From Alphaproteobacteria bacterium (GTDB lineage: Bacteria; Pseudomonadota; Alphaproteobacteria; SHVZ01): a stretch of DNA of 64,000 nucleotides. A program made the translations under genes and the position numbers. The DNA lies in NCBI GenBank assembly GCA_044223515.1, contig JBGALV010000012.1, positions 368 to 64,367 of the forward strand. The letters are read 5' to 3'. How positions within the stretch are numbered: the first letter of the stretch is position 1; each line of letters starts with the position of its first letter. Of the stretch, positions 18,189-27,683 are shown in pieces. Under the pieces are notes generated by a model. The model was given only the letters and a program-made list of their open reading frames with translations, had not been told where the DNA came from and ran no database searches.

Positions 18189-19178
18189 CTAGCTCCTTCG
18201 CCGCGTCTTCATGTCCTCGCAGGCCTGGGTGAGCGCCGCCATCAGCTCGGGCTCGCTCGCGTCGTGTCCTGCCGCATGGATGTAGCGGAGATCGGCTTCG
18301 GGCCAGCGCTGCTTGACCTCCCAGGCGTTCATCGGTCGCGTCACCACGTCGTAGCGGCCCTGCACGATGATGCAGGGAACGTTGCGGATCCTGGCGATGC
18401 CGTCGAGCAGCTGGCCGGGCTTCACGAAGAACTTGTTGGCGACGTAGTGGAAGAAGGTCAGCGTGCCTTGGCGCTTCTGCTCGGGCGTGGCGTCCGGCGC
18501 CTTCGCCGGCGTCTTGAAGCTGGAGATGCGGGTCGAGTACTCCCAGAACGCGTCCGCCGCGGGCTGCCAGATCTTCGGGTCGGGGTCGGTGATGCGCTTG
18601 CGATAGGCCTCGGCCATGTCGCCGCGCTCGGCCTCCGGAATGAAATTGAAGAACGGCGTCCACAGATCGGGAAAGAGATTGCCGACCTCGTGCGACCACC
18701 AGCGGATCGCGGCGTCCGCGCCGGTGGTGACGCCGCGCAGGATCAAGCCCGCGACGCTGTCCGGATGCGCCTCGGTGTAGGCGAGGCCGAGAAGCGCGCC
18801 CCAGGAGCCGCCGCTCACCACCCAGCGCTCGAATCCCAGATGCTTCCTCAACGCCTCGAGGTCGGCGATCAGCGACGGCGTGTCGTTGCCCTTCAGCTCG
18901 CCGAAGGGGAGCGATCGTCCGCCGCCGCGCTGATCGAACAGCACGAGATCGTAGTAGGCGGGATCGAAGGTGCGCCGGTTCGCCGGCGTGCAGCCGCGGC
19001 CCGGCCCGCCATGCAGGTGGACGGCAGGCACGCCGCCCTTCTTCCCGACGCGCTCCCAGTACAGCCGATGCGGCGGATCCACGTCGAGGAAGCCGGTCGC
19101 ATAGGGCTCGGTGTCGGGATAGGGGATCACGCCGCTCTCCGTTTCAATGAAGCGGAGCGACGATACTTTTCGTTTCAA
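18189..19178 (-). CDS. pip: Proline iminopeptidase (S33 prolyl aminopeptidase)
   Basis: HGGPG oxyanion motif and GGSWG nucleophile elbow. Start is uncertain: TTG 19178 chosen, and the ORF-track N-terminal extension to 19409 lies in an AT-rich spacer and looks non-coding. Confidence 0.8.
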   Translation of the reverse strand: MKRKVSSLRFIETESGVIPYPDTEPYATGFLDVDPPHRLYWERVGKKGGVPAVHLHGGPGRGCTPANRRTFDPAYYDLVLFDQRGGGRSLPFGELKGNDTPSLIADLEALRKHLGFERWVVSGGSWGALLGLAYTEAHPDSVAGLILRGVTTGADAAIRWWSHEVGNLFPDLWTPFFNFIPEAERGDMAEAYRKRITDPDPKIWQPAADAFWEYSTRISSFKTPAKAPDATPEQKRQGTLTFFHYVANKFFVKPGQLLDGIARIRNVPCIIVQGRYDVVTRPMNAWEVKQRWPEADLRYIHAAGHDASEPELMAALTQACEDMKTRRRS

Positions 19179-19254
19179 GTCGACGTCAAGGATCAACCTC
19201 GGCGAATACAATAAAACTCGACGATGACGTTGTAAAACACAGGAGGGACGATTG

Positions 19255-20832
19255 ATGATCTCGTCTTCACGTCTGGTATTCGGCGCCGCCGCGATCACCG
19301 CCGCCGCGCTCTCGTTCTCGCCGGCCTTCGCCCAGGAGAAGGTGCTGAAGGTCGTGCCGCACGCCGACCTCAAGGTGCTCGACCCGGTTAACGTCACCGC
19401 GGCGATCACCTACATCCACGGGCTGATGATCTACGACAGCCTGATGGCGCTCGACGCCAACCTGGTGCCGCAGCCGCAGATGGCCCAGGGCGTCGAGATC
19501 TCTCCCGACAAGCTGACCTACACCTTCACGCTGCGTCCCGGCCTCAAGTGGCATGACGGCACGCCCGTGACCTCGGCGGACCTGGTGCCGTCCTTGAAGC
19601 GCTGGATGGCCCGCGCGCCGGTCGGGCAGAAGCTCTCGCCGTCGATCGCGTCTCTCGAGGCGCCGAACCCGAACACCTTCGTGATCAAGCTCAAGGAGCC
19701 CTACGCGCTCACCCTCTACTCACTCGGCCTCGCGGGCCCGGTGTTCATGCCGCAGAAGGTGGCGGAGACCGATCCCAACACCTCGATCACAAGCTCGGTC
19801 GGCTCCGGGCCCTACAAGTTCGTGGCCTCCGAGTGGAAACCCGGTGCCAAGGTCCTCTACGAGAAGAACAAGGACTACGTGCCGCGCAGCGAGGCGCCCA
19901 GCTTCTTCTCCGGCGGCAAGGTGGTGAAGCTCGACAAGGTCGAGTGGACCATCCTCCCCGATGCCAACACCACCGCGGCGGCGCTCGGCCGCGGCGAGGT
20001 CGACTACTGGAACAACCCGCCGGCGGACTTCGTGAAGATCCTCTCGGCCAACCCCGAGATCACGCTGCAGATCCTGCATCCGCTGGGCTGGATCAACATC
20101 GGGCGTGTGAATGCGCTGCTGCCGCCGTTCAATAACGTCAAGGCGCGCCAGGCGCTGGCCTATGCCTTCGCCGACCAGACCGAGTTCATGCAGGCGGCTT
20201 ACGGCGATCAACGCTGGTGGCGGACCTGCGGCTCCTACTTCGTCTGCGGCACCGCCTACGGTACCGAAGCGGGATCCGAGCCCTATGCCAAGCGCGACAT
20301 CGCCAAGGCGAAGCAGCTGCTGGCCGAGTCAGGCTACAAGGGCGAGAAGATCGTCGTCGTCAACACCAAGGAAATCCCGGTCATCTTCGCGCTGACCTCG
20401 GTCGCGATTCCGAGGATGCGCGAGATCGGGCTCAACGTCGAAGAGCAGGTGGTCGACTGGAGCGGCTTCATCGGCCGCATCCAGAAGAAGGACCCGATCG
20501 ACCAGGGCGGCTGGAACTTCTTCACCACCAACGGCACCGGCATGACCTTCCACCATCCGCTGACCAACCTCGGCACGCCGATGCAGTGCGACGGCAAGAA
20601 CTGGTTCGGCTGGCCCTGCGACGAGGCGACGGAGGCGCTCCGGACCAAGTTCCTGAACGCTCCCGACGATGCGTCCCGGAAGGCGGCGATCGAGGTCTAT
20701 CACCGGGCATTGATGGAACAGCAGCCGGCGGTGAACCTGGGTCAGGCGGCATCGCCGGAGGCGTGGAGGAAGAACGTGACCGGCATGGTGTCGACGCATC
20801 TTCCGGTGTTCTGGAACGTGACGAAGAACTGA
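19255..20832 (+). CDS. ABC transporter substrate-binding protein, family 5 (DppA/OppA-like)
   Basis: Signal peptide, AGGAGGG RBS 7 nt upstream, 526 aa SBP_bac_5 pattern. Confidence 0.9.
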   Translation: MISSSRLVFGAAAITAAALSFSPAFAQEKVLKVVPHADLKVLDPVNVTAAITYIHGLMIYDSLMALDANLVPQPQMAQGVEISPDKLTYTFTLRPGLKWHDGTPVTSADLVPSLKRWMARAPVGQKLSPSIASLEAPNPNTFVIKLKEPYALTLYSLGLAGPVFMPQKVAETDPNTSITSSVGSGPYKFVASEWKPGAKVLYEKNKDYVPRSEAPSFFSGGKVVKLDKVEWTILPDANTTAAALGRGEVDYWNNPPADFVKILSANPEITLQILHPLGWINIGRVNALLPPFNNVKARQALAYAFADQTEFMQAAYGDQRWWRTCGSYFVCGTAYGTEAGSEPYAKRDIAKAKQLLAESGYKGEKIVVVNTKEIPVIFALTSVAIPRMREIGLNVEEQVVDWSGFIGRIQKKDPIDQGGWNFFTTNGTGMTFHHPLTNLGTPMQCDGKNWFGWPCDEATEALRTKFLNAPDDASRKAAIEVYHRALMEQQPAVNLGQAASPEAWRKNVTGMVSTHLPVFWNVTKN

Positions 20833-20861
20833 AGATAAGGGCCACGGTCCCTCGCTTGTGT

Positions 20862-21042
20862 GGTCGCTACGCTAGCGCTCTCGGTGCGCAAGCGCGCACC
20901 TGCCGCGTTAGCTAGGCGCCCACGCTCGGGGCCCCCACCCTGCCCTCCCCCGCTGACGCGGGGGAGGGTTTTCTTTTTTGGGTTCGAGAGCGCGGAACGC
21001 GAAAGCTTTTCGGTCGTCCGGAAAGCGGCAGCGTTACGCCAT
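20862..21042. repeat. Composite intergenic repeat block (module M3 + REP core R1 + module M2)
   Basis: M3 GTCGCTACGCTAGCG..GTGCGCAAGCGCGCAC..TTAGCTAGGCGCC; R1 GGCCCCCACCCTGCCCTCCCCCGCTGACGCGGGGGAGGG; M2 GAGCGCGGAACGCG..GCTTTTCGGTCGTCCGGAAAGCGG. Each recurs elsewhere in the window. Confidence 0.75.
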
Positions 21043-21060
21043 AAGCGAGCGTCCGTACTC

Positions 21061-21807
21061 TTACTTGCCCGCGCGCCGCTTCTTCGCCCTTCGCGCCATC
21101 ATGTTCAGGCCCTCCACCAAAGCGGAGAAACTCATCGCGGCGTAGATATACCCCTTCGGCACATGCACGCCGAAGCCGTCGGCGATCAGCACCATGCCGA
21201 TCATCAAGAGGAATCCCAGGGCCAGCATGACGATGGTGGGATTCGCCTGGATGAAGGCGGAGAGCGGGTTGACAGCGAGCATCATCACCGCGACCGCGAC
21301 CAGCACCGCGATCACCATCACCGGCACGTCGTCGGTCATGCCGACCGCGGTGATGATGGAGTCCACGGAGAACACGAGGTCGAGCATCAGGATCTGCACG
21401 ATCGCGGCGGAGAAGCCGAGCGACGCCGCCGACTTCGCGAACATGGAGTCGCCGTCGGGCTCGGGCTCGACCGTGTGATGGATCTCGCGCGTCGCCTTCC
21501 ACACCAGGAAGAGGCCGCCCGCGATCAGGATCAGGTCGCGCCAGGAGAAGCCGTGGTTGAACAGCGTGAAAAGCGGGTTCGTCAGCTGCACGATCCACGC
21601 GATCGTGCCCAGCAGCCCGATCCGCATGACCAAGGCGAGGCCGATGCCGATCCGCCGCGCCTGGGCCCGGTGCTCCTCCGGCAGCCGGTTGGTCAGGATC
21701 GAGATGAAGATCAGGTTGTCGATCCCGAGCACCACCTCCATGACGATCAACGTCGCGAGGGCCGCCCAGGCGGTGGGGTCTGAGGCGAGCAGGATCAGGT
21801 CAGCCAA
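21061..21807 (-). CDS. TerC/Alx-family integral membrane protein
   Basis: Multi-TM with LGIDNLIF motif. TTG start. Confidence 0.9.
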   Translation of the reverse strand: MADLILLASDPTAWAALATLIVMEVVLGIDNLIFISILTNRLPEEHRAQARRIGIGLALVMRIGLLGTIAWIVQLTNPLFTLFNHGFSWRDLILIAGGLFLVWKATREIHHTVEPEPDGDSMFAKSAASLGFSAAIVQILMLDLVFSVDSIITAVGMTDDVPVMVIAVLVAVAVMMLAVNPLSAFIQANPTIVMLALGFLLMIGMVLIADGFGVHVPKGYIYAAMSFSALVEGLNMMARRAKKRRAGK

Positions 21808-22028
21808 GGTCGGCTCCGGCAGGGAGATCGGGTCGACCGGACATGGCCCCGCGGAGCCAAAGAAGCAAGGGGGATCAAGGATTTCGCCCTAATTTGGGGC
21901 GCCGCGACCCGCCGAGGTCGCGGAAGCGTTAACCGCCGTATAGATGGGATTTAAGGCAACAGATTGACGCAGTGGATCTAAATTCATATTAATACTTTGT
22001 TCACTCGTCGGGCCCTAGAAAGGGAGCC

Positions 22029-22670
22029 ATGACCCTCGCCGCACCCTTCTCCAGTCCTATGAATGCGGGCCGCCAGGCTGCCTTCGGGCCGGTTCTGGCG
22101 AGCTCGCGTCTGCGTGTGCGCCAGATGGGCCGCGACGACGTGGCGAGGATCTACGAGGTCAACCGCAGCCTCAACCGCCGCTACCTCTCCGCGCCGCCGC
22201 TCGACCTCGAGGGGCTGGAGGAGCTGCGCCAAGTGTTCGAAGGCGAGTGGCGGAAATACGGTCTCGGTTACCTCATGGTCTGCCATGGCGACGAGAGCGT
22301 GGGTCACGTCCGCCTCAAATGCATCCCGGACTGCACCTCGGGCCGTGCCGCGGAACTCACCTACGCGATCGCGCCGGCACATCAGGACCAGGGCTACGCG
22401 ACCGAGGCGGTCGGGCTGGTGCTGCAGTTCGCGTTCGACGAAGCTGAGGTCGACTACGTCGTCGCCTGCGTCGAGCCCGACAACGCCGCCTCGCTCCGCG
22501 TGGTGGAGAAGAACGGCCTCGCATGGGTCGCCACGGGCAAGATGCATGGCCGGTTGATGCGGCGGTACATCCTGCCGGAGACGATGTGGCGTGCGCAGCG
22601 CCGGGCGATCAACGCGCAGCACCCTTCCATTTCGACCTCGCTCCGCTCGGAACTTTCGACGCGAGCTTAG
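22029..22670 (+). CDS. GNAT-family N-acetyltransferase
   Basis: AAAGGGAG RBS and acetyl-CoA motif pattern (QDQGYATEAVGLVLQFAF). Confidence 0.8.
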   Translation: MTLAAPFSSPMNAGRQAAFGPVLASSRLRVRQMGRDDVARIYEVNRSLNRRYLSAPPLDLEGLEELRQVFEGEWRKYGLGYLMVCHGDESVGHVRLKCIPDCTSGRAAELTYAIAPAHQDQGYATEAVGLVLQFAFDEAEVDYVVACVEPDNAASLRVVEKNGLAWVATGKMHGRLMRRYILPETMWRAQRRAINAQHPSISTSLRSELSTRA

Positions 22671-22739
22671 GGGCGTAAACGCCTCGTAAGTCGACCGCGC
22701 TCCAGCGCGGCGCGCCTTACTGTGCGTTTCCGCCGCTCG

Positions 22740-22815
22740 CGAAAACCGCGAGCGCGGAACGCGGCAGCTTTTCGGTCGTCCGAAAAGCGGGAGCGTTCTG
22801 CATCAAGCGAGCGTC
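22740..22815. repeat. Repeat module M2
   Basis: GAGCGCGGAACGCGGCAGCTTTTCGGTCGTCCGAAAAGCGGGAGCGTT. Contains a GCTTTTCGG/CCGAAAAGC hairpin. Confidence 0.7.
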
Positions 22816-23387
22816 CGCATTCTTTCTTTGACTCGCGCCAAGAACGCCGCCCGTTCCTCCGCGCTCACCGAATCCATCTTGTACAGCCGCAGCAACACCG
22901 GCCGCGCCTGCCTCGCCACCGCGATCCTCATCGCCCGCATGTGGACCCTCACGGGATCCAGCAAAGCCAGGGTCTGCAGCGGCGACGTGCCCGAGGTGGT
23001 GATGGTGACCCACGCGCGAAGCCTGGTGAGCTTGCCCCAGACCGGCCCTTGGTCGGTGAGCTCGAACGCGACGCCGGGGAGGAACACGCGGTCGAGCCAG
23101 CCTTTCAAGATCGCCGGCATGCCCGACCACCAGGTCGGGAACACGAAGACCAAGGCCTCCGCCCATTCCAGGTCCTGGACCATGGCTTCGACCGGCTTCC
23201 GGTTCTCCGGCACGTCGGCGTTGGTGCGCCACTCCGGTTCCGACAGCCTCGCCTCGAACCCCTCGCCATAGAGATCGAGCACCCGGACCTCGTGGCCACC
23301 TTCGCGCAAGCCCGCGAGGGCCTCGGTGAGGACCTGGGCGTTGAAGCTCTTGGGGCCGGGATGGGCGATTACCGCGAGGACGTGCAT
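22803..23387 (-). CDS. Flavodoxin-like NAD(P)H dehydrogenase (quinone) family protein
   Basis: Flavodoxin_2 pattern MHVLAVIAHPGPKSFN..VFVFPTWW. Confidence 0.8.
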   Translation of the reverse strand: MHVLAVIAHPGPKSFNAQVLTEALAGLREGGHEVRVLDLYGEGFEARLSEPEWRTNADVPENRKPVEAMVQDLEWAEALVFVFPTWWSGMPAILKGWLDRVFLPGVAFELTDQGPVWGKLTRLRAWVTITTSGTSPLQTLALLDPVRVHMRAMRIAVARQARPVLLRLYKMDSVSAEERAAFLARVKERMRTLA

Positions 23388-23472
23388 GGGTGAGGAAATG
23401 CGGGACCGGAGGATGAGGTTCCTGGCACGGGACGGCCGGCGGGCTCAGGGGCGTGCGCTCCCGCGCCTCTTA

Positions 23473-23600
23473 TTCCCTCCCCCCACGCGCAGCGTGTGGG
23501 GGAGGGGACACGAGATGCGCGTCGTGAAGATCGCGAGCGCGGAACGCGGCGGCTTTTCGGTCGTCCGAAAAGCGGGAGCGTTCCGCCGTCAGCTCGCGTC
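23473..23600. repeat. REP core R1 + module M2
   Basis: TTCCCTCCCCCCACGCGCAGCGTGTGGGGGAGGGG followed by GAGCGCGGAACGCGGCGGCTTTTCGGTCGTCCGAAAAGCGGGAGCGTT. Confidence 0.75.
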
Positions 23601-23628
23601 GTGAGGTCGTCTTCGCGCAGCGAAGACG

Positions 23629-24798
23629 TCAGGACTTCAGCGGCTCCAGGATGCTCACGTAGTTCGCCACCGCCGCGCCGCCCATGTTGAAGATCCCCGC
23701 GAGCTTGGCATTCGGCACCTGGATCGCGCCCGCGGTTCCCGTCACCTGCATCGCGCCCATGACGTGCATGGAAACGCCGGTGGCGCCGACCGGATGGCCC
23801 TTCGACTTGAGCCCGCCCGACGGATTGACCGGGAGCTTGCCGGTCTTCTCCGTCCAGCCTTCCTGGATCGCGCGGAAGCCTTGCCCGCGCGGCGTGAGGC
23901 CCATGGCCTCGTACTCGATCAGCTCCGCGACCGTGAAGCAGTCATGAGTCTCCACCAGCGAGAGATCGGAGAGGCCGAGCTTCGCGTTCGAGAGCGCACG
24001 CTTCCACGCGACCTCGCAGCCTTCGAAGAGCGTGATGTCGCGGCGCGACATCGGCAGGAAGTCGTTGACGTGCTCGGCCGCGCGGAACGCGACGGCCTTC
24101 TTGGACGCGAGCGCGGTGTCGAGATCGGCCAGCACCACGGCCGCCGCGCCGTCGGAGACCAGCGAGCAGTCCGAGCGCTTGAGCGGCCCCGCGACGAACG
24201 GGTTCTTCTCCGAGGCGTTGCGGCAGAACTCGTAGCCGAGATCCTTCTTCATGTGCGCCAGCGGATTGACGGCGCCGTTCTTGTGGTTCTTCGCCGCGAT
24301 GCGGGCGAGCGCGTCCGACTGGTCGCCGTGCTTCTGGAAGTAGCGCTGCGTGATGCCGCCGAAGATTCCGGCGAAGCCGCCTTGGGTGTCACCCTCTTCC
24401 TTGAGATAGGACGCGCGGATCAAACACTCGCCGACCTGCTGCCCGGTGACCTCGGTCATCTTCTCCACGCCGACCACGAGCACGCGCTTCGCCTTGCCGG
24501 CGCCGATCGCGTTCAGCCCCTGGTGGATCGCGGCCGACCCCGTCGCGCACGCGTTCTCCACGCGCGTCGCCGGCTTGAAGCGCCACTCGTCGAACGCCTG
24601 CAGCGTGAGCGACGACGGAAACTCCTGGCGCACGAAGCCCGCGTTGAGGTGGCCCAAGTAGATCGCGTCGATGTCCTTGGGCTCCAGCCCCGCATCCGCG
24701 ACGGCTTCGCGCGCGACCTTGACGATCAACGTCTCGAGATCGAGCGCGTCATGCTTCCCGAACGGGGTATGCGACCAGCCGATGATGCAGGCGGACAT
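23629..24798 (-). CDS. Thiolase-family protein (SCP-x type, non-canonical acetyl-CoA C-acyltransferase-like)
   Basis: 389-aa thiolase fold, with active-site-region Cys (ENACATGS) and a C-terminal Gly-rich region. Confidence 0.85.
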   Translation of the reverse strand: MSACIIGWSHTPFGKHDALDLETLIVKVAREAVADAGLEPKDIDAIYLGHLNAGFVRQEFPSSLTLQAFDEWRFKPATRVENACATGSAAIHQGLNAIGAGKAKRVLVVGVEKMTEVTGQQVGECLIRASYLKEEGDTQGGFAGIFGGITQRYFQKHGDQSDALARIAAKNHKNGAVNPLAHMKKDLGYEFCRNASEKNPFVAGPLKRSDCSLVSDGAAAVVLADLDTALASKKAVAFRAAEHVNDFLPMSRRDITLFEGCEVAWKRALSNAKLGLSDLSLVETHDCFTVAELIEYEAMGLTPRGQGFRAIQEGWTEKTGKLPVNPSGGLKSKGHPVGATGVSMHVMGAMQVTGTAGAIQVPNAKLAGIFNMGGAAVANYVSILEPLKS

Positions 24799-24946
24799 GG
24801 GGGAGTGCTCCGAGTAGCGATTTGTTCGGACAATCTAGCATGACCTTTCTCGGCAAAGGTGGGGAGGTCGACAAAGCACCACTACTTTGAGCTGCATTAA
24901 GTCAGCGTGCTCCGCTAGGATTGAGCTACTTTCGAGAGGAGCGCAC

Positions 24947-25831
24947 GTGCTTTCGATTCGACTCAAGTCCCTCGTGCAAAATCCGCCATGGAAAGCATGG
25001 GGAAGAGAGGCTCTCGTTTCTTTAGGTACACTGTGGCTTGTTCTTGAATTATCGAGCTGGGCTCTTCCTAATATTTACGATGACATACTTAAAATATACG
25101 CCTTAACTGGGGCATCTATTATTTCTTTTATTTGGGCCACTTATCGGTCTATTCCTCCGGTTCAATATAAAAAGAGATTCAAATCGCGAAGCACGACTAT
25201 TGAATTGCGCGTCGACGATCTAATTGAAAATGCGAAATCTCGCCACATTGGCATCTTAAGCAGCAACTACTTCGATTCGTGCACTAATACGGCAATCTCG
25301 GCCCACAGCCTTAAGGGAAAACTCATCACATCTTACTATTCCGGCCTTATGGCTTCCTTTGATAGCGCTGTGGACCAGTCGTTAAACAAGAACGGAATTG
25401 TAGGCGTGGAAAATCCAGGCAAGCAGCGAGGCGTAAACAGACTGCGTAGGTATGAGATTGGAACTGTTGCTGCCGTCCCGGTTGGATCGTTCAAAGCCAT
25501 TCTGGTTGTCGGTGCTGAGTTCGAAGATTCATCCTCATTCACCAGCACGAATGCGATGGGCTTTTGGGCCTCGCTCCTAGCGCTTTGGAGAGGCGCCCAG
25601 CTAGAGGGACACCGACAGCCGATAGCTGTTCCAATTTGGGGTGCAAATTTGGGGAATGCGCCCGGGAGTCGCTTGGTGAAATTTCAGACGCTCTTGTGCT
25701 CGTTTGCTGTCGCATCGGCGGCAGCCAATCAACCTCCCACGACCGACCTCCACATCGTGGTCTGGAAAGGGGACTATGATCCCGAGGAATTTAGAACAAT
25801 GGCAGAAGTGCTATCCGAGTTCGAAATGTAG
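24947..25831 (+). CDS. Horizontally acquired 2-TM membrane protein with cytoplasmic Rossmann-like domain (macro/SLOG-like, tentative)
   Basis: About 45% GC versus ~68% around it. GAGGAG RBS 6 nt before GTG 24947 (alternative ATG 24887). Two N-terminal TM helices, and a C-terminal IAVPIWGANLGNAP motif resembling the macro-domain IAFPAISTGIYG loop. Confidence 0.7.
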   Translation: MLSIRLKSLVQNPPWKAWGREALVSLGTLWLVLELSSWALPNIYDDILKIYALTGASIISFIWATYRSIPPVQYKKRFKSRSTTIELRVDDLIENAKSRHIGILSSNYFDSCTNTAISAHSLKGKLITSYYSGLMASFDSAVDQSLNKNGIVGVENPGKQRGVNRLRRYEIGTVAAVPVGSFKAILVVGAEFEDSSSFTSTNAMGFWASLLALWRGAQLEGHRQPIAVPIWGANLGNAPGSRLVKFQTLLCSFAVASAAANQPPTTDLHIVVWKGDYDPEEFRTMAEVLSEFEM

Positions 25832-25845
25832 ACTCTCCTCGTCCA

Positions 25846-26430
25846 ATGCTCGCCTTCTACTTCGCCCCCGGTTCATCCTCGATGGCGGCGCATATCGCGC
25901 TGCACGAGGTCGGCTGTCCGTTCGAAAGCCGGCCGGTGTCTCTGGCGAAGAGCGAGACCAGGACGCCGGAGTTCCTGAAGGTCAATCCCAGGGGCAAGGT
26001 GCCGACGCTGGTGGTCGACGGCCGCGTGCTGACCGAGGTCGCAGGCATCCTGTTCTATCTCGCGCGGCGCTATCCGGAGGCGAAGCTGCTGCCCGAAGAT
26101 GATCCGTTCCTCGAGGCCGACGTCGTGTCCTGGATGTCGTTCCTGGCGTCGGGCGTGCACCCCGCGCGGAGCGAGGGGCCGGAGGCGGCGCGCGCGATCT
26201 GGGAGATCGCGGAGCAGCGGCTGGGCACGAGGGACTGGGCAGTCGGCGACAGGTACTCGATCGCGGACATCCACCTGTTCCGCTTGTTCTGGCGCTTCGG
26301 CACCCCTTTGATCGCGAAGCCCGGCGACCTCGCGAACTTGAAGCGGCATCACGACAGGATGCTGGAGAGGGTGGCGGTGAAGCGGACGATCGAGGTGGAG
26401 AAGCAGGTGGGATATCAGCTGCCTGCATGA
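25846..26430 (+). CDS. Glutathione S-transferase
   Basis: GST N/C domains (FYFAPGSSS..VPTLVVDG..). Starts 14 nt after the low-GC gene stop with no SD. Confidence 0.85.
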   Translation: MLAFYFAPGSSSMAAHIALHEVGCPFESRPVSLAKSETRTPEFLKVNPRGKVPTLVVDGRVLTEVAGILFYLARRYPEAKLLPEDDPFLEADVVSWMSFLASGVHPARSEGPEAARAIWEIAEQRLGTRDWAVGDRYSIADIHLFRLFWRFGTPLIAKPGDLANLKRHHDRMLERVAVKRTIEVEKQVGYQLPA

Positions 26431-26461
26431 GAGAAGATTTGCGGACGCGAGCTGAGTGCGG

Positions 26462-26632
26462 CTCGCTACGCTAAGGCTGTCGTGCGCAAGCGCGCACTTG
26501 CGCCTTAGCTAGGCGCCCGCGCTCGCGGGCGGAATGCGAAAGTAAGATCGGCGGAGCGAAGCGGAGACGGCTTACGGCAGCATTGCGCCCTTAAGCGAGC
26601 CTCGGGAGTTCCGAGCGTAGCGAGGTCAATGC
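26462..26632. repeat. Repeat module M3 (second copy) plus partial inverted unit
   Basis: GCTCGCTACGCTAAGG..GTGCGCAAGCGCGCAC..TTAGCTAGGCGCCCGCGCTCG closely matches 20862-20928. Confidence 0.7.
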
Positions 26633-26832
26633 TCGACAGCGTCCCGTTCCTCGACCCTGACCACGCGAAGGTGCTCCACGGTCTCCGCCAGGTGTTCATA
26701 AGCCGTGGCCAAGCTGGCGAAGCTCGACCGCGCGAGCGCGCTGGTGTGCGCGGCGTCGGCCTGGGCGCGGAGGGAGGCCGCCATCCGGCGGTATTGGGCG
26801 ACGCGTTCCCTTGGCTGCGCGAGGTCGACCAT
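26626..26832 (-). CDS. Hypothetical small protein
   Basis: 68-aa ORF that partly overlaps the repeat. Weak support. Confidence 0.2.
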   Translation of the reverse strand: MVDLAQPRERVAQYRRMAASLRAQADAAHTSALARSSFASLATAYEHLAETVEHLRVVRVEERDAVEH

Positions 26833-26966
26833 CGTGGGTTAAACGCCGGTGCGACGAAGTGGCCGCGTCCGCGCACAACAAGGACACAGGGCGGTTCGCG
26901 AGCCTGAGCCGGAAGACGGCGCGCGCGGCGGGCGCTAGGCTTCCGCGGTCTCTGAGGGAGGCCCAC

Positions 26967-27431
26967 ATGACCGCACGCATTGACAACAAGCTCGCCGAGC
27001 TCGGCCTCGTGCTGCCGCCGGCGAACGCGCCGTTCGCCTCGTTCCAGCCCGCGGTGATCGCCAACGGGCTCGCCTTCGTCGCCGGCCAGCCGCCGGTCGA
27101 CGGCGACAAGCGGCCCTATCTCGGCCGCCTCGGCATCGAGCTCACGCTGGAGCAGGGTCAGGCCGCGGCCAGGCTCTCCGCGCTCAACGTGATCGCGCAG
27201 CTCCGCGCGGCGCTCGACGGCGATCTCGACCGCGTGGTGCGCTGCGTGAAGCTCGGCGTGTTCGTGAACTCCGGCCCCGACTTCAAGAGCCAGCCGCAGG
27301 TCGCCAACGGCGCCTCCGACCTCGTGGTGCAGGTCTGGGGCGAGGCCGGTCGCCATGCACGCTTCGCCGTCGGCACCATCGGCCCGATGGACTTCGCGTG
27401 CTCGGTCGAGGCGATCTTCCAGGTGAGCTAG
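26967..27431 (+). CDS. RidA/YjgF-family enamine/imine deaminase
   Basis: GAGGGAGG RBS and a ~154-aa chorismate-mutase-like fold pattern. ORF-track upstream extension trimmed. Confidence 0.85.
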   Translation: MTARIDNKLAELGLVLPPANAPFASFQPAVIANGLAFVAGQPPVDGDKRPYLGRLGIELTLEQGQAAARLSALNVIAQLRAALDGDLDRVVRCVKLGVFVNSGPDFKSQPQVANGASDLVVQVWGEAGRHARFAVGTIGPMDFACSVEAIFQVS

Positions 27432-27455
27432 GAGAGCGTCACCGCCGCGGCGCGT

Positions 27456-27680
27456 TCACGCCGGGCGATGGAAGCGCAGCCCCGGGTCCTCGTGGGCCTC
27501 GATGCGCGGCGAGCCGGCCTTCTCCGTCCGCAGGCGTTCGAGGAAGCGCACGGCCTCCTCTTCCGTCATCGGCGCCGAGCGCCGTTCCTGGCAGCCCGTG
27601 CTCCACAGCACCGCGAAGCGCCGGCGGGCGACCAGGACGGACTTCTTGGTGCCGGCCGGATTGGGATTCTTCATCGTCAT
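27456..27680 (-). CDS. Hypothetical small basic protein (module gene B, copy 1)
   Basis: 74 aa with RRRFAVLW..RRSAPMTEEEA..RLRTEKA. Paralog at 29760..29987. 3-nt gap after gene A1. Confidence 0.55.
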   Translation of the reverse strand: MTMKNPNPAGTKKSVLVARRRFAVLWSTGCQERRSAPMTEEEAVRFLERLRTEKAGSPRIEAHEDPGLRFHRPA

Positions 27681-27683
27681 GGG

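Noticed and set aside
18051-21783. Plus-strand ORFs 18051..19214 and 20860..21783
   Set aside because: They are antisense to proline iminopeptidase and TerC respectively, and their N-termini traverse REP elements. Compositional artefacts.
21808-22028. Possible yybP-ykoY (Mn) riboswitch in the TerC leader
   Set aside because: TerC genes often carry it, but the minus-strand leader lacks the conserved GGGGAGUAG / CAGGAGAGACC-type loops. Only a simple SD and one hairpin are present.
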